Source: Gammaproteobacteria bacterium (GTDB taxonomy: Bacteria; Pseudomonadota; Gammaproteobacteria; Pseudomonadales; Azotimanducaceae). From it: DNA of 47,455 nucleotides. Both the position numbers and the translations under genes were made by a program. The notes beneath the pieces are model-generated. The model worked only from the letters and a program-made list of their open reading frames with translations, was not told the origin of the DNA and ran no database searches. The DNA lies in contig PAMO01000028.1 of assembly GCA_002707325.1 (NCBI GenBank), positions 1-47,455 of the forward strand, given 5' to 3'. Positions 35,868-45,858 of the stretch are shown here, one piece after another; position 1 is the stretch's first letter, and each line of letters opens with the position of its first letter.

Positions 35868-37307
35868 TTATCTATTTTCTATATATGAATCTATAAATGG
35901 ATATTTTTTTCTTAATCGTTTAATGATCTTTTCTTCGCCTTTTATCTCATCATTAAGCTGACTTATGTTCTCTTCAATTGTTTTCTTCTCAAGCTCCAAC
36001 TTACCAATTTGGTTATTTAGAGTGAGCTTTTGTTTATTAATTTCTTCTATTGAATTGCTTATAGAATCAATTTCTTTTTGAATCTTTTTATTTTGTTTCG
36101 TCCATCTAGTTGCTGTCTCTTTTTGTTTTTCCCTCGCTATTTCACGATCCAGGCTTTCTCTCTCGCGCGCTAATCTTACTGATTGTTCTTTAGCTTCATG
36201 GCTTCTCTTAAGCAAAAATCGAATGAAGAAATAAACAACAAGAGAAAAAATTGAAAAACTTAAGATGCCCGCTTTAAACTCGTCCCAACGCTGACTTCGC
36301 CTTATTCTTGCCTCCGTCTCAGCTTTTTTCTCGTCTGCCTCTATCTGCTGCAACCGTATCTTTTCTACCTCTATCAAACGTTCATTTTCAGCTCTTTCTT
36401 GCCTCTCCAATCTTTCCTCTTCTGCCTCTTTCGCCCTCCTTCTCTCTTCTAATGCTAAAAGCTTTCTTTCATGTTCCTGTGCCTCAGCCTGTGCCTTAGC
36501 TACCGCCTCCAGTCTCAGCTTTTCTTTTTCTAATTCAAGATTTTTAGCTTCTATCTGGGCAAGTCGTTCAACCTCCATCTGATGAAGTTCATCAAATCGT
36601 TTGATAAGCGCGGGGTGCATTTCTTTTAGGAAAAATAGAGCATGAATATTGATATCTCTGAGATTTCTTTGATCGGTTATGATTCGATTACCAGTAGTAT
36701 TATTGAAGCCACGCGTAAGCATTCTAGAATCCATTTGATCTTTATAGGCTTCTTGCCACTTTATCCGTGGGCTACGGCTATATTGCGAATACGAACCTCT
36801 TTCGTAGTAGTATAGATGTATAGGTAAGCAGGTGCTCGTCATATCTGGAAGCCTCTCGCCTAAATCTTTATAAGTTCTTAGTTTTAAAAAATGATCTCTT
36901 GTAGCCCATTTCTGTTTATCTGAAGTATGCATGCCTACAAAAGCTGGGTTAAAGGGAAGCATGCTAACAAATTCTTCTATAATTCTATCGATTGGGACAT
37001 AGACATAATCTCCACCTTGGGATTGAAATTTCTCTTTGGAAAAAACGGGATGCTTAAAGAGCGAACAAATTTCCTCTTCTGAAGCAATTGTTCCAAGAAG
37101 GAAATAACCCTCATCGTTATTGCTTTTTAGTGTATTTTCATAAGTTGTCCTGCTCTGCCTCGATGATGAGACATAATATTTATTACCCAGATCCTCTTTA
37201 ACTTGTGCGCTCACTAGATCTTCGTTAACTTGTGCGCTTACTAAAAGAGAAGCCAAAGAAAAAATAATACTCACCATAAAAGGATATTTAATAACACTTA
37301 GCCTCAT
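35868..37307 (-). CDS. Hypothetical bitopic envelope protein: signal peptide, globular domain, long charged helix, TM helix, second coiled coil (island gene)
   Basis: 479 aa. The N-terminal hydrophobic signal is followed by about 200 aa of mixed composition, then residues about 240-340 of E/K/R/A heptad-like sequence (LEKEKLRLEAVAKAQAEAQEHERKLLALEERRRAKEAEEERLERQERAENERL). A hydrophobic helix GILSFSIFSLVVYFFIRFLL spans about 347-366, followed by a K/E/I/N-rich coiled coil. The ATG overlaps the stop of the upstream gene (ATGA). Confidence 0.75.
   Translation of the reverse strand: MRLSVIKYPFMVSIIFSLASLLVSAQVNEDLVSAQVKEDLGNKYYVSSSRQSRTTYENTLKSNNDEGYFLLGTIASEEEICSLFKHPVFSKEKFQSQGGDYVYVPIDRIIEEFVSMLPFNPAFVGMHTSDKQKWATRDHFLKLRTYKDLGERLPDMTSTCLPIHLYYYERGSYSQYSRSPRIKWQEAYKDQMDSRMLTRGFNNTTGNRIITDQRNLRDINIHALFFLKEMHPALIKRFDELHQMEVERLAQIEAKNLELEKEKLRLEAVAKAQAEAQEHERKLLALEERRRAKEAEEERLERQERAENERLIEVEKIRLQQIEADEKKAETEARIRRSQRWDEFKAGILSFSIFSLVVYFFIRFLLKRSHEAKEQSVRLARERESLDREIAREKQKETATRWTKQNKKIQKEIDSISNSIEEINKQKLTLNNQIGKLELEKKTIEENISQLNDEIKGEEKIIKRLRKKYPFIDSYIENR
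37191..37244 (-). repeat. Tandem 27-bp duplication inside the 5' end of the 479-aa gene
   Basis: On the plus strand, aacttgtgcgctCact at 37200-37216 recurs as aacttgtgcgctTact at 37227-37243 (period 27). This encodes LVSAQVNED / LVSAQVKED. Confidence 0.85.
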
Positions 37308-38116
37308 GAGGGTTCATTAATATTATGTTTTCTGAGCACTTCCTCTAAAGACTCAAGTTCGCTACTTAAAGCATCCTCTTTATTTTCTATGTTCTTGAGC
37401 TCTCTCTGATCACTTTTTAATTTTGTATTGATCTCTTCTAAATCAAATTTAGCATTGAAAATTAACTTTTCCTCATCAACTTGAAGTATTTGAGAAATTG
37501 TAAGAATGTCTTCTGTTTCTTCCTCAGTAAGTTGAGAGGTTAACTTTTCAAGCATAGATTTTAATTCGTCGTTTGTTGAATAAATCAAGTCCTTGTCATC
37601 AAAGGAGTTTGACAACTCCGTTGAAATACCAAAATCCCTTATGGATGCGATGTGATTAATTATTTGAATAACTTTTTCAACTCTTGTGTCCCATGAATCA
37701 TTTATATTTTCAAGATCTTTGTTTATATTAAAAATACAATCTCTTCTGCGTGACTCTATATCTTCATGATTTTGTTTAATTCTAAGTCTTAATTCGTTGT
37801 TTTCATGTTTGACTAAATCTAAGTCGTGACTATTTTGGGCTATTTGGTTGCGTATCTCGCTGAGGCGAGTCTGCTCTTCTAGCTGGGTCAATTGCATGCT
37901 TGCAATTGCATTCATCTCGCGTTGAAGGCCAACACCCTCCATTTTAATTTCATTAAGGTCTGATTGTAGCTCCGTCTGTCGCTGCATTTCTTGTAGCTGC
38001 TGTTCTTGAAGGTGGTTTAATTTATCAGCTGCCGCGGCTTGCCTTGTGCCATTATTTATATGTTTCCATGTCCCATAGACAGCAGCGCCTGTTAAAGCTG
38101 GGTTTGGATTACTCAT
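37304..38116 (-). CDS. Hypothetical cytoplasmic coiled-coil protein (island gene)
   Basis: 270 aa with no signal peptide or TM helix, Q/E/L/N-rich heptad-like sequence throughout. Its stop codon overlaps the start of the 479-aa gene. Confidence 0.7.
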   Translation of the reverse strand: MSNPNPALTGAAVYGTWKHINNGTRQAAAADKLNHLQEQQLQEMQRQTELQSDLNEIKMEGVGLQREMNAIASMQLTQLEEQTRLSEIRNQIAQNSHDLDLVKHENNELRLRIKQNHEDIESRRRDCIFNINKDLENINDSWDTRVEKVIQIINHIASIRDFGISTELSNSFDDKDLIYSTNDELKSMLEKLTSQLTEEETEDILTISQILQVDEEKLIFNAKFDLEEINTKLKSDQRELKNIENKEDALSSELESLEEVLRKHNINEPS

Positions 38117-38278
38117 TTGTTTCCTTATTCTGTTTTGAAGAAAGCATTCCTCTTTATACAGGTCTAATCGTAATTAATCGATTATCACGCATCAATGCTT
38201 CAAAAGGTGCTTGCTAGTGCGTGGAATATATTCGAAGTCAGATATTGTGCGCAGGCCATTAAATAATGTTTGTAAACA

Positions 38279-38479
38279 CTACGAGCACACCACACAGAAA
38301 TAAACCAAAAAGGTCGTATGTGAGAAGTCGATTATTTTGAACTGAAACGCAGAATTTAATGTTGCAAAATCTGCGTTTAAACTTACTCGACAGTCATTGA
38401 GTGTTTTGGAACAGTGATTTGATTTTTCATCAAATGCTTTATGAAAATTCTTATAAAACTTAATGTATTTTTCTTCCAT
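38279..38479 (-). CDS. Possible 66-aa protein (island gene)
   Basis: MEEKYIKFYKNFHKAFDEKSNHCSKTLNDCRVSLNADFATLNSAFQFKIIDFSHTTFLVYFCVVCS. The ATG at 38479 lies 2 nt after the stop of the zinc-ribbon gene. The longer track ORF (to 38584) would overlap that gene. Confidence 0.35.
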   Translation of the reverse strand: MEEKYIKFYKNFHKAFDEKSNHCSKTLNDCRVSLNADFATLNSAFQFKIIDFSHTTFLVYFCVVCS

Positions 38480-38481
38480 GG

Positions 38482-38670
38482 TTAGAAAAGAACCCCGAAA
38501 ATAATCATAAATATTATAAAAATGAATAATCCCATACCAATAATGGTGTTTACAACTGCAAAGAATCCACTTACAGGTTTCCACTCATATTGGTTGGGAT
38601 GTCCACAATGCGGGCAAACCTTTGCTTCATATGAAACCTGCCCATTGCATACAGAGCATTCTTTAATCAT
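38482..38670 (-). CDS. Zinc-ribbon protein with a C-terminal transmembrane anchor (island gene)
   Basis: MIKECSVCNGQVSYEAKVCPHCGHPNQYEWKPVSGFFAVVNTIIGMGLFIFIIFMIIFGVLF has a CxxC...CxxC knuckle pair followed by about 30 hydrophobic residues. ATG 38670 overlaps the TGA of the lipoprotein gene (ATGA). Confidence 0.65.
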   Translation of the reverse strand: MIKECSVCNGQVSYEAKVCPHCGHPNQYEWKPVSGFFAVVNTIIGMGLFIFIIFMIIFGVLF

Positions 38671-39686
38671 TTGAGAGAAATCCGCGCGATCCAATTTGTC
38701 AATGGAGGTCCTGGTCTATCGTAAGATATTTCGAACTTGTCACTTAAATTTCCATCCGAATAGGTCCCATACCCATTGTTGTTGAGTCTACATAAGTCGT
38801 ACATTTCAGTTCCTTCTTCGTACTTATAACTCCAGAATCTACAAACTAAGTATTCTTGAAGGCGTTCTTTTTCTACATCAGTCAACATTGAAACAATTTC
38901 ACTTACTAGTTCTATATCTTTTTCACTATCAATGTTGTGGGGACGGTCGTGATCATATTCAGATACTGCAATTACAATATTAGTTATTCCATCTTCGTCC
39001 CAGAAAAACATTATTCCCTCTTGCTCTTGATTTATAAAACCAAGATCGAACTTATCTCGTTTCTTGTTAAAATTATTTAGAGAATGCACTGAAATCATTC
39101 CTTTGCGATCGTAATTGTTATAGGGCGAGAACCCCAGTTCATTTAACAAAGGAATAACTTCATCCAGAGGGTTTTCTGGCAACAGGACAACATTGCTATG
39201 GAATTTTCCTGGGTACAAATATGATTCTTTTGTTCTCTTGCGCTCTTTTCCTTTCCCAGAAAACCGGTCCATAGAGCAGGAAATTCTCACGTGGTCCTTT
39301 TTTTCTGGGACAATCTTCAATTCAAATGTATTCGACGGGTTAGAAATTTCTGAGTTGTAGTCTGTGCACCTAAACGCTTTGCTCTTTGTTATTGTTGCTA
39401 ATTCTTCTTTTGAAAGAGTTCCTGATTTATCGTAAATAGTCCCAAAAATCGATATGCCTATATCCGATTTCACTTCGAGGTGCAGTATCTCTTTTGATTC
39501 AAACTCATATCTTCTCTCTGGGATCATGTACTGTTTTAAGACAGAATCTTGGGGTTTAATAGCAAGATCTATCTCTAAGTTTTGTAAATCATATAGGGGT
39601 TCGGGTTCATTCTCTTTTACTTCGCCACATGCGGTTATGAGATAAACTAAAATAAATGACGGTATTATTTTTCTTATCTTAATCAC
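38667..39686 (-). CDS. Hypothetical lipoprotein (island gene), starting 9 bp after the glmS stop
   Basis: 339 aa. GTG start, n-region MIKIRK, h-region and lipobox LITAC. I recognise no domain. Confidence 0.72.
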   Translation of the reverse strand: MIKIRKIIPSFILVYLITACGEVKENEPEPLYDLQNLEIDLAIKPQDSVLKQYMIPERRYEFESKEILHLEVKSDIGISIFGTIYDKSGTLSKEELATITKSKAFRCTDYNSEISNPSNTFELKIVPEKKDHVRISCSMDRFSGKGKERKRTKESYLYPGKFHSNVVLLPENPLDEVIPLLNELGFSPYNNYDRKGMISVHSLNNFNKKRDKFDLGFINQEQEGIMFFWDEDGITNIVIAVSEYDHDRPHNIDSEKDIELVSEIVSMLTDVEKERLQEYLVCRFWSYKYEEGTEMYDLCRLNNNGYGTYSDGNLSDKFEISYDRPGPPLTNWIARISLK

Positions 39687-39695
39687 TGTTCCAAC

Positions 39696-41531
39696 TTATT
39701 CCACCGTGACTGATTTTGCTAAATTTCGAGGTTGATCGACATCTGTACCCTTAAGTAATGCGACGTGGTAAGCCAGAAGCTGCAATGCGACGACGTACAA
39801 AATTGGACTCATCATCAGATGCACAGATGGCAACTGAACCACAGTTACCCCATCTTCATTCTTAAACCCAGATTGCTTGTCGGCAAACACGATAAGCTCC
39901 CCGCCTCTTGCCCTAACCTCCTGGAGGTTGGATTTTACTTTCTCTAACAATTGGTCATTGGGAGCAACCGCTATTACGGGAACATCCTCGTCTACTAAAG
40001 CTAGTGGGCCGTGCTTTAGTTCTCCAGCTGCATAGCCCTCCGCATGAATATAGGCTATTTCTTTCAGCTTAAGTGCTCCTTCCATTGCCAGCGGGAACAT
40101 GGGGCCTCGGCCAAGAAATAAGGCGTGGTGGCGATTGGTGAAACGTTCGGCTATTCCTTGAATGGTTTGGTCTAGCTCTAATGCCTCTTCCATGACAGTG
40201 GGTAACCCCGCAAGCGCTCTAACTAGCTCTTGTTCCGCGTCTGGCTCTAACCCGTGCCTGCGAGCAACCAAGATTGCCAGCATCATAAGATCCGCTAGTT
40301 GGGTCGTGAACGCCTTGGTGGAGGCAACGCCTATTTCCATCCCCGCCTTAGTCATAATAGCCGCATCGGACTCGCGTACTAATGAACTATTGGGAATATT
40401 GCATAAGGCCAGCGCGCCAACATAAGGCCTATCCCTAGAAATGCTTAAAGCCGCCAAGGTATCCGCTGTTTCGCCGGACTGAGAGATGGTGACAAACAAG
40501 GTCCCCGGAATAACCGAGACCTGACGGTAACGATATTCGCTTGCCACCTCTACTTGGCATGGAAGACCCGCAAGTTCTTCAATCCAGTATTTGGCTATCC
40601 AGGCTGCGTAGTAACTGCTGCCACATGCAACAAAGGTTAATGCCTTAGTTTTATCAAGGAGCCCCTTTATTGTTTCGCCAAAAGCCTCTTCCAAAAGGCT
40701 ATCTTGCCCCAGCCTGCCTTCGAGAGTTGAAGCTAATGCAGCACCCTGTTCATAAATCTCCTTTTCCATGTAATGCCGGTAAGGCCCTTTATCTACATCA
40801 TCGGCATCTGGCTCTACACGAACCGTACTCCGAATGACCGACTCATCGGCCAAATTCCAAATAGAAATATCCTCCGCAGTCAGCTCAATTAGATCCCCCT
40901 CCTCGAGGAAAATAAATCGGTCGGTTACAGAGCGCAAAGCTAACGCGTCTGAGGCGATATAATTCTCGCCCATCCCCTTTCCGACCACCAGAGGGCTTCC
41001 CACCCTTGCGGCCACTATGGTCTCTGGGTCCGCTAGGGCGATAACACCTATAGCATAGGAGCCCTCCAGCTTTTTGGTCGCCTGCCTAACCGCCTCGAGA
41101 AGCCCCTTTTCGTGGTCATAATAAAAATCAACAAGATGGGCAATCACCTCCGTGTCTGTTTCTGACGTCAAGGTATATCCGGCCTCCTGCATATCGCTGC
41201 GTAGCTTCTCATAATTTTCAATAATGCCGTTATGCACGACACTAACCCGGCCAGACGAGGACTGGGGGTGGGCATTTTCTGCACTTGGTTTTCCATGGGT
41301 AGCCCAACGCGTATGCGCTATGCCTGTCCTTCCTTGCATCTCGGTAGATTCTAGGTCGACAAGCAAATCCTTCACCTTGCCAGCTCGGCGACGACAATCG
41401 ATGACTCCCGACCCAGGAGCAAGCACAGCTATACCTGCCGAATCATAGCCCCGATACTCAAGCCTCTTAAGCCCTTCTATAAGTATAGGAGTAACATCTC
41501 TACTAGCGGCAGCACCTACAATTCCGCACAT
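39696..41531 (-). CDS. glmS: Glutamine-fructose-6-phosphate aminotransferase (isomerising)
   Basis: 611 aa. N-terminal nucleophile MCGIVGA, two SIS domains and the canonical C-terminus PRNLAKSVTVE. Confidence 0.97.
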   Translation of the reverse strand: MCGIVGAAASRDVTPILIEGLKRLEYRGYDSAGIAVLAPGSGVIDCRRRAGKVKDLLVDLESTEMQGRTGIAHTRWATHGKPSAENAHPQSSSGRVSVVHNGIIENYEKLRSDMQEAGYTLTSETDTEVIAHLVDFYYDHEKGLLEAVRQATKKLEGSYAIGVIALADPETIVAARVGSPLVVGKGMGENYIASDALALRSVTDRFIFLEEGDLIELTAEDISIWNLADESVIRSTVRVEPDADDVDKGPYRHYMEKEIYEQGAALASTLEGRLGQDSLLEEAFGETIKGLLDKTKALTFVACGSSYYAAWIAKYWIEELAGLPCQVEVASEYRYRQVSVIPGTLFVTISQSGETADTLAALSISRDRPYVGALALCNIPNSSLVRESDAAIMTKAGMEIGVASTKAFTTQLADLMMLAILVARRHGLEPDAEQELVRALAGLPTVMEEALELDQTIQGIAERFTNRHHALFLGRGPMFPLAMEGALKLKEIAYIHAEGYAAGELKHGPLALVDEDVPVIAVAPNDQLLEKVKSNLQEVRARGGELIVFADKQSGFKNEDGVTVVQLPSVHLMMSPILYVVALQLLAYHVALLKGTDVDQPRNLAKSVTVE

Positions 41532-41540
41532 AGCCCGGCC

Positions 41541-42956
41541 CTACCCCTTATCGGTGCCACGAGCGGAAGGTGGTCTCCACCCCTTGATGTTTTTCTGGCG
41601 CCCTCGACCAACGCCTAAATCGCCTGCTTCCACGGTCTTTGTGATCGTTGAACCAGCTGCAACGAAAGCATTGTCCTCGATATCCAGGGGGGCCACTAGC
41701 GTTGCATTTGTTCCAACAAAGACCTCATTGCCTATTTTGGTAGTGTGCTTTTCAGCGCCGTCATAATTGCAGGTAACCGTGCCCGCTCCAACATTGCAAT
41801 CCTCTCCAAGGTTTGCGTCACCAAGATAAGCAAGGTGGTTGGCTTTAGTCCCTCGGCCTAGTGTCGCCTTTTTGGTTTCTACAAAATTGCCTATCTTCAC
41901 GTTTTCATCCAAAACAGTGCCCGGGCGAATGCGAGCGAAAGGACCCAACGTGCAGCCCTTGGCGACACTGGCGCCATCAACAACAGTGTGCGGCTCTACC
42001 CTGACCCCATTCCCCAGCCGCGAATTGCTTATAACGCAACCAGATGCAATAGATACGCCATCACCGAGAACTACTTCCCCTTCGAAAATTACGTTGACAT
42101 CGATGAAACAATCGACGCCCGCCGTAACTTCACCCCGGATATCTAGTCTTTCCGGGTCCGCTATTGCGGTCCCTCCGGCCATCAATTTCCGTGCCAGCTT
42201 ACGTTGATGGCTGCGCTCTAACGCTGATAATTGTTGCCGGGTATTTATCCCAGACACCTCATCAGCATCGGCTGCCTTCATCCCGGTTACCTCAATACCA
42301 CTAGCCTTAGCTATGCCAACAATATCGGTAAGGTAGTATTCTTTCTTTGCGTTATCGCTAGATACCTGGCTTAAAAGATCTACAAGAATCTCGCTTGGTA
42401 TCGCCATTATTCCCGAGTTAATTTCCGTAATCCTTCGCTCATCATCAGTGGCGTCTTGCTGTTCTACAATTTTTTCTATTGCCCCCTCTGCATTTCGGAT
42501 AATTCTGCCGAGCCCGTCGGGGTTCGCGACCTCCGCCGTCACTACACAAATGGAATTGTCCGCAGCTTGCTCAACACAAGCACTAAGCGTCTCTTCGGTA
42601 ATAAGGGGAACGTCACCCAGCAGGACAAGAACGGTAGCGCCTTTGCCTATTCCCTGCGTGGCCTGTTGCACGGCATGGGCGGTCCCGAGCTGTTGCTCCT
42701 GCGTGACCCAGGTTATCTGGCCATTCATATCATCTAAAGCTTCGCGAACCTGCGCAGCCTCAAAGCCAACCACCACGTGAGTACTTTCAGGCTCCAAGTG
42801 CGCAACCGTGGTTAACACGTGCCTTAGCAATTCTTGGCCCGCAAGATGATGCAACACCTTGGGCAGCTTGGAAGCCATGCGCGTTCCCCAGCCTGCCGCA
42901 AGAATCACCGCTTCAATTTTTTTATCGGGCTCAGCCCCCAGGCTGGACATGCTCAT
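41541..42956 (-). CDS. glmU: Bifunctional UDP-N-acetylglucosamine pyrophosphorylase / glucosamine-1-phosphate N-acetyltransferase
   Basis: VILAAGWGTRMASKLPKVLH nucleotidyltransferase motif and a C-terminal left-handed beta-helix of hexapeptide repeats. The start is uncertain among 42977, 42956 and 42950. Confidence 0.93.
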   Translation of the reverse strand: MSMSSLGAEPDKKIEAVILAAGWGTRMASKLPKVLHHLAGQELLRHVLTTVAHLEPESTHVVVGFEAAQVREALDDMNGQITWVTQEQQLGTAHAVQQATQGIGKGATVLVLLGDVPLITEETLSACVEQAADNSICVVTAEVANPDGLGRIIRNAEGAIEKIVEQQDATDDERRITEINSGIMAIPSEILVDLLSQVSSDNAKKEYYLTDIVGIAKASGIEVTGMKAADADEVSGINTRQQLSALERSHQRKLARKLMAGGTAIADPERLDIRGEVTAGVDCFIDVNVIFEGEVVLGDGVSIASGCVISNSRLGNGVRVEPHTVVDGASVAKGCTLGPFARIRPGTVLDENVKIGNFVETKKATLGRGTKANHLAYLGDANLGEDCNVGAGTVTCNYDGAEKHTTKIGNEVFVGTNATLVAPLDIEDNAFVAAGSTITKTVEAGDLGVGRGRQKNIKGWRPPSARGTDKG

Positions 42957-43022
42957 CCTCCATAGGCCAAAGTCCACGTTACCACCGACAAGGCCCTTAG
43001 ACTAATAATTATATGGGGCCGG

Positions 43023-43053
43023 AAAACAAAAAGGGGTGATATTTACCACCCCT
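43023..43053 (-). terminator. Rho-independent terminator after atpC
   Basis: The minus-strand RNA reads AGGGGUG-GUAAAUAU-CACCCCU followed by UUUUGUUUU. The stem pairs 43032-43038 with 43047-43053 (7 bp perfect), about 55 nt downstream of the atpC stop. Confidence 0.7.
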
Positions 43054-43107
43054 CCTTACGTAACCCCCAAGCAGTCTACTTGCTTCTTTGCTTGTCGCCA
43101 ATAGGTG

Positions 43108-43530
43108 TTAGCGCTTTCGCTTCCTGAGCTCAGCTAAAGTGCGCTGCCTTGCCGTTGCTTCCGCTAGCATAGCCGTCGCCGTTGAGAACTCTAGTTCTGC
43201 AGTCTGCTCAGCCAGCGCTCGCTCTGCCTCTTGCTGTGCTTCAGCTGCCGCCGCCTCATCAATATCCTCCGCACGAAGTGCCGTGTCCGCCAATATGGTT
43301 ACTACTCCAGGTTGCACTTCTAAAAAGCCTCCTGAGGCAAAAAAAACTTCTTCCTCGCCGTCCTCTAGCTGCAACCTTACAGGTCCGGGCCGTATGCCCG
43401 TCAACAGAGGGGCGTGCCCTGGAAGGATGCCCAACTCCCCAATGCTGCCCGTTAGACTAATTTGGGTAGCGCGGCCAGAAAAAATTTCGCGTTCAGCGCT
43501 AACAATATCGCAATGAAATGATGTTGCCAT
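43108..43530 (-). CDS. atpC: F0F1 ATP synthase subunit epsilon
   Basis: 140 aa. [14 protein letters not shown]...[14 protein letters not shown] is typical of epsilon, and the gene is in operon position after atpD. Confidence 0.93.
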   Translation of the reverse strand: MATSFHCDIVSAEREIFSGRATQISLTGSIGELGILPGHAPLLTGIRPGPVRLQLEDGEEEVFFASGGFLEVQPGVVTILADTALRAEDIDEAAAAEAQQEAERALAEQTAELEFSTATAMLAEATARQRTLAELRKRKR

Positions 43531-43540
43531 GTTGAGCGCC

Positions 43541-44962
<1,422 letters not shown>

Positions 44963-45826
44963 CTAAACCGCTGCCGCGCCACCAACAATTTCTGCTATTT
45001 CTTGAGTAATGGCTGCTTGGCGGGCATTGTTGTAGATAAGCCGTAGTTCGTCGATCAGCTTTTCTGCATTCTCTGTAGCGCTTTTCATCGCGACCATTTT
45101 TGCCGCTTGTTCGCATGCGCTATTTTCTACCACCGACTGGTAAACCTGCGATTCAATAAACCTTGTAACGAGCCCTTCTATTAGTTGCCTGGCGTCTGGC
45201 TCATAAATATAGTCCCATCGCCGAGATCCACCAGAGTCATCTTCTATGGGCTCAAGAGGAAGTAGCTGCCTAACCGCAGGTTCCTGTGTCATGGTATTAA
45301 CAAACTCATTGCTTGCTATATACAAGCGGTCAATCTTTCCTTCCTCGAAAGCATCTAACATCACCTTGATGCCCCCAATTAAATCATCCAGACTGGGCGA
45401 TTCCCCAATGTTATTTAAAGCCGCCACAATATTCCCTCCGACCGACCGGAAAAAGGCGGCGGCCTTATTGCCAACTAATGCCAAATCAGATTCCACCCCC
45501 TTTCCATGCCAGTCGGCCATATCTCTTACCAACGTTCTAAACAGGTTGATGTTTAGTCCGCCACAAAGGCCCTTATCGGTGGAAACAACAATGTATCCTA
45601 CTCGGCTTACTTCTCGAGGGGACATATAGATATGGCGATACTCTGGATTTGAGTTGGCTAAATGGCCTATTACCGCCCGTATTTTTTCCGAATATGGCTT
45701 GCCTTCACGCATTCGCTCTTGTGTTCGGCGCATCTTGCTTGCCGCTACCATTTGCATAGCGCTTGTGATCTTCTGCGTATTTTCAACGCTGCCGATCTTT
45801 TTCTTAATTTCCTTTCCTACCGCCAT
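44963..45826 (-). CDS. atpG: F0F1 ATP synthase subunit gamma
   Basis: 287 aa. [30 protein letters not shown] and the C-terminal [15 protein letters not shown]. Confidence 0.95.
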   Translation of the reverse strand: MAVGKEIKKKIGSVENTQKITSAMQMVAASKMRRTQERMREGKPYSEKIRAVIGHLANSNPEYRHIYMSPREVSRVGYIVVSTDKGLCGGLNINLFRTLVRDMADWHGKGVESDLALVGNKAAAFFRSVGGNIVAALNNIGESPSLDDLIGGIKVMLDAFEEGKIDRLYIASNEFVNTMTQEPAVRQLLPLEPIEDDSGGSRRWDYIYEPDARQLIEGLVTRFIESQVYQSVVENSACEQAAKMVAMKSATENAEKLIDELRLIYNNARQAAITQEIAEIVGGAAAV

Positions 45827-45858
45827 ATGCTTCTCACTGAGCCTTGCTCATTATCTTT

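Larger units (their letters stand above)
35275..39695. other. AT-rich genomic island between the class II aldolase gene and the glmS stop codon
   Basis: My 60-nt counts give 25 percent GC (36001-36060) and 32 percent (38821-38880) inside the island, against 47 percent in glmS (40021-40080) and 58 percent in coaBC (961-1020). All six ORFs are uncharacterised. No integrase, transposase or terminal repeats were seen. Confidence 0.65.

Noticed and set aside
38279-38584. The 101-aa version of the small island ORF.
   Set aside because: The N-terminal 35 codons overlap the zinc-ribbon gene in another frame. Only the 66-aa version starting at ATG 38479 (2 nt after the upstream stop) was kept, and even that has low confidence.
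39600-39720. Tn7-type right-end repeats or a tnsABCD-like gene set next to glmS.
   Set aside because: I looked for TGT...ACA termini and repeated roughly 22-bp TnsB-type sites within about 100 bp of the glmS stop and found none. No transposase-like ORF exists anywhere in 35.3-39.7 kb.
42978-43022. A TATAAT hexamer (minus strand, 43008-43013) as a glmU promoter.
   Set aside because: There is no acceptable -35 element at 16-18 bp; that position falls inside the atpC terminator stem. It is plausible but unsupported, so it is not listed as a feature.
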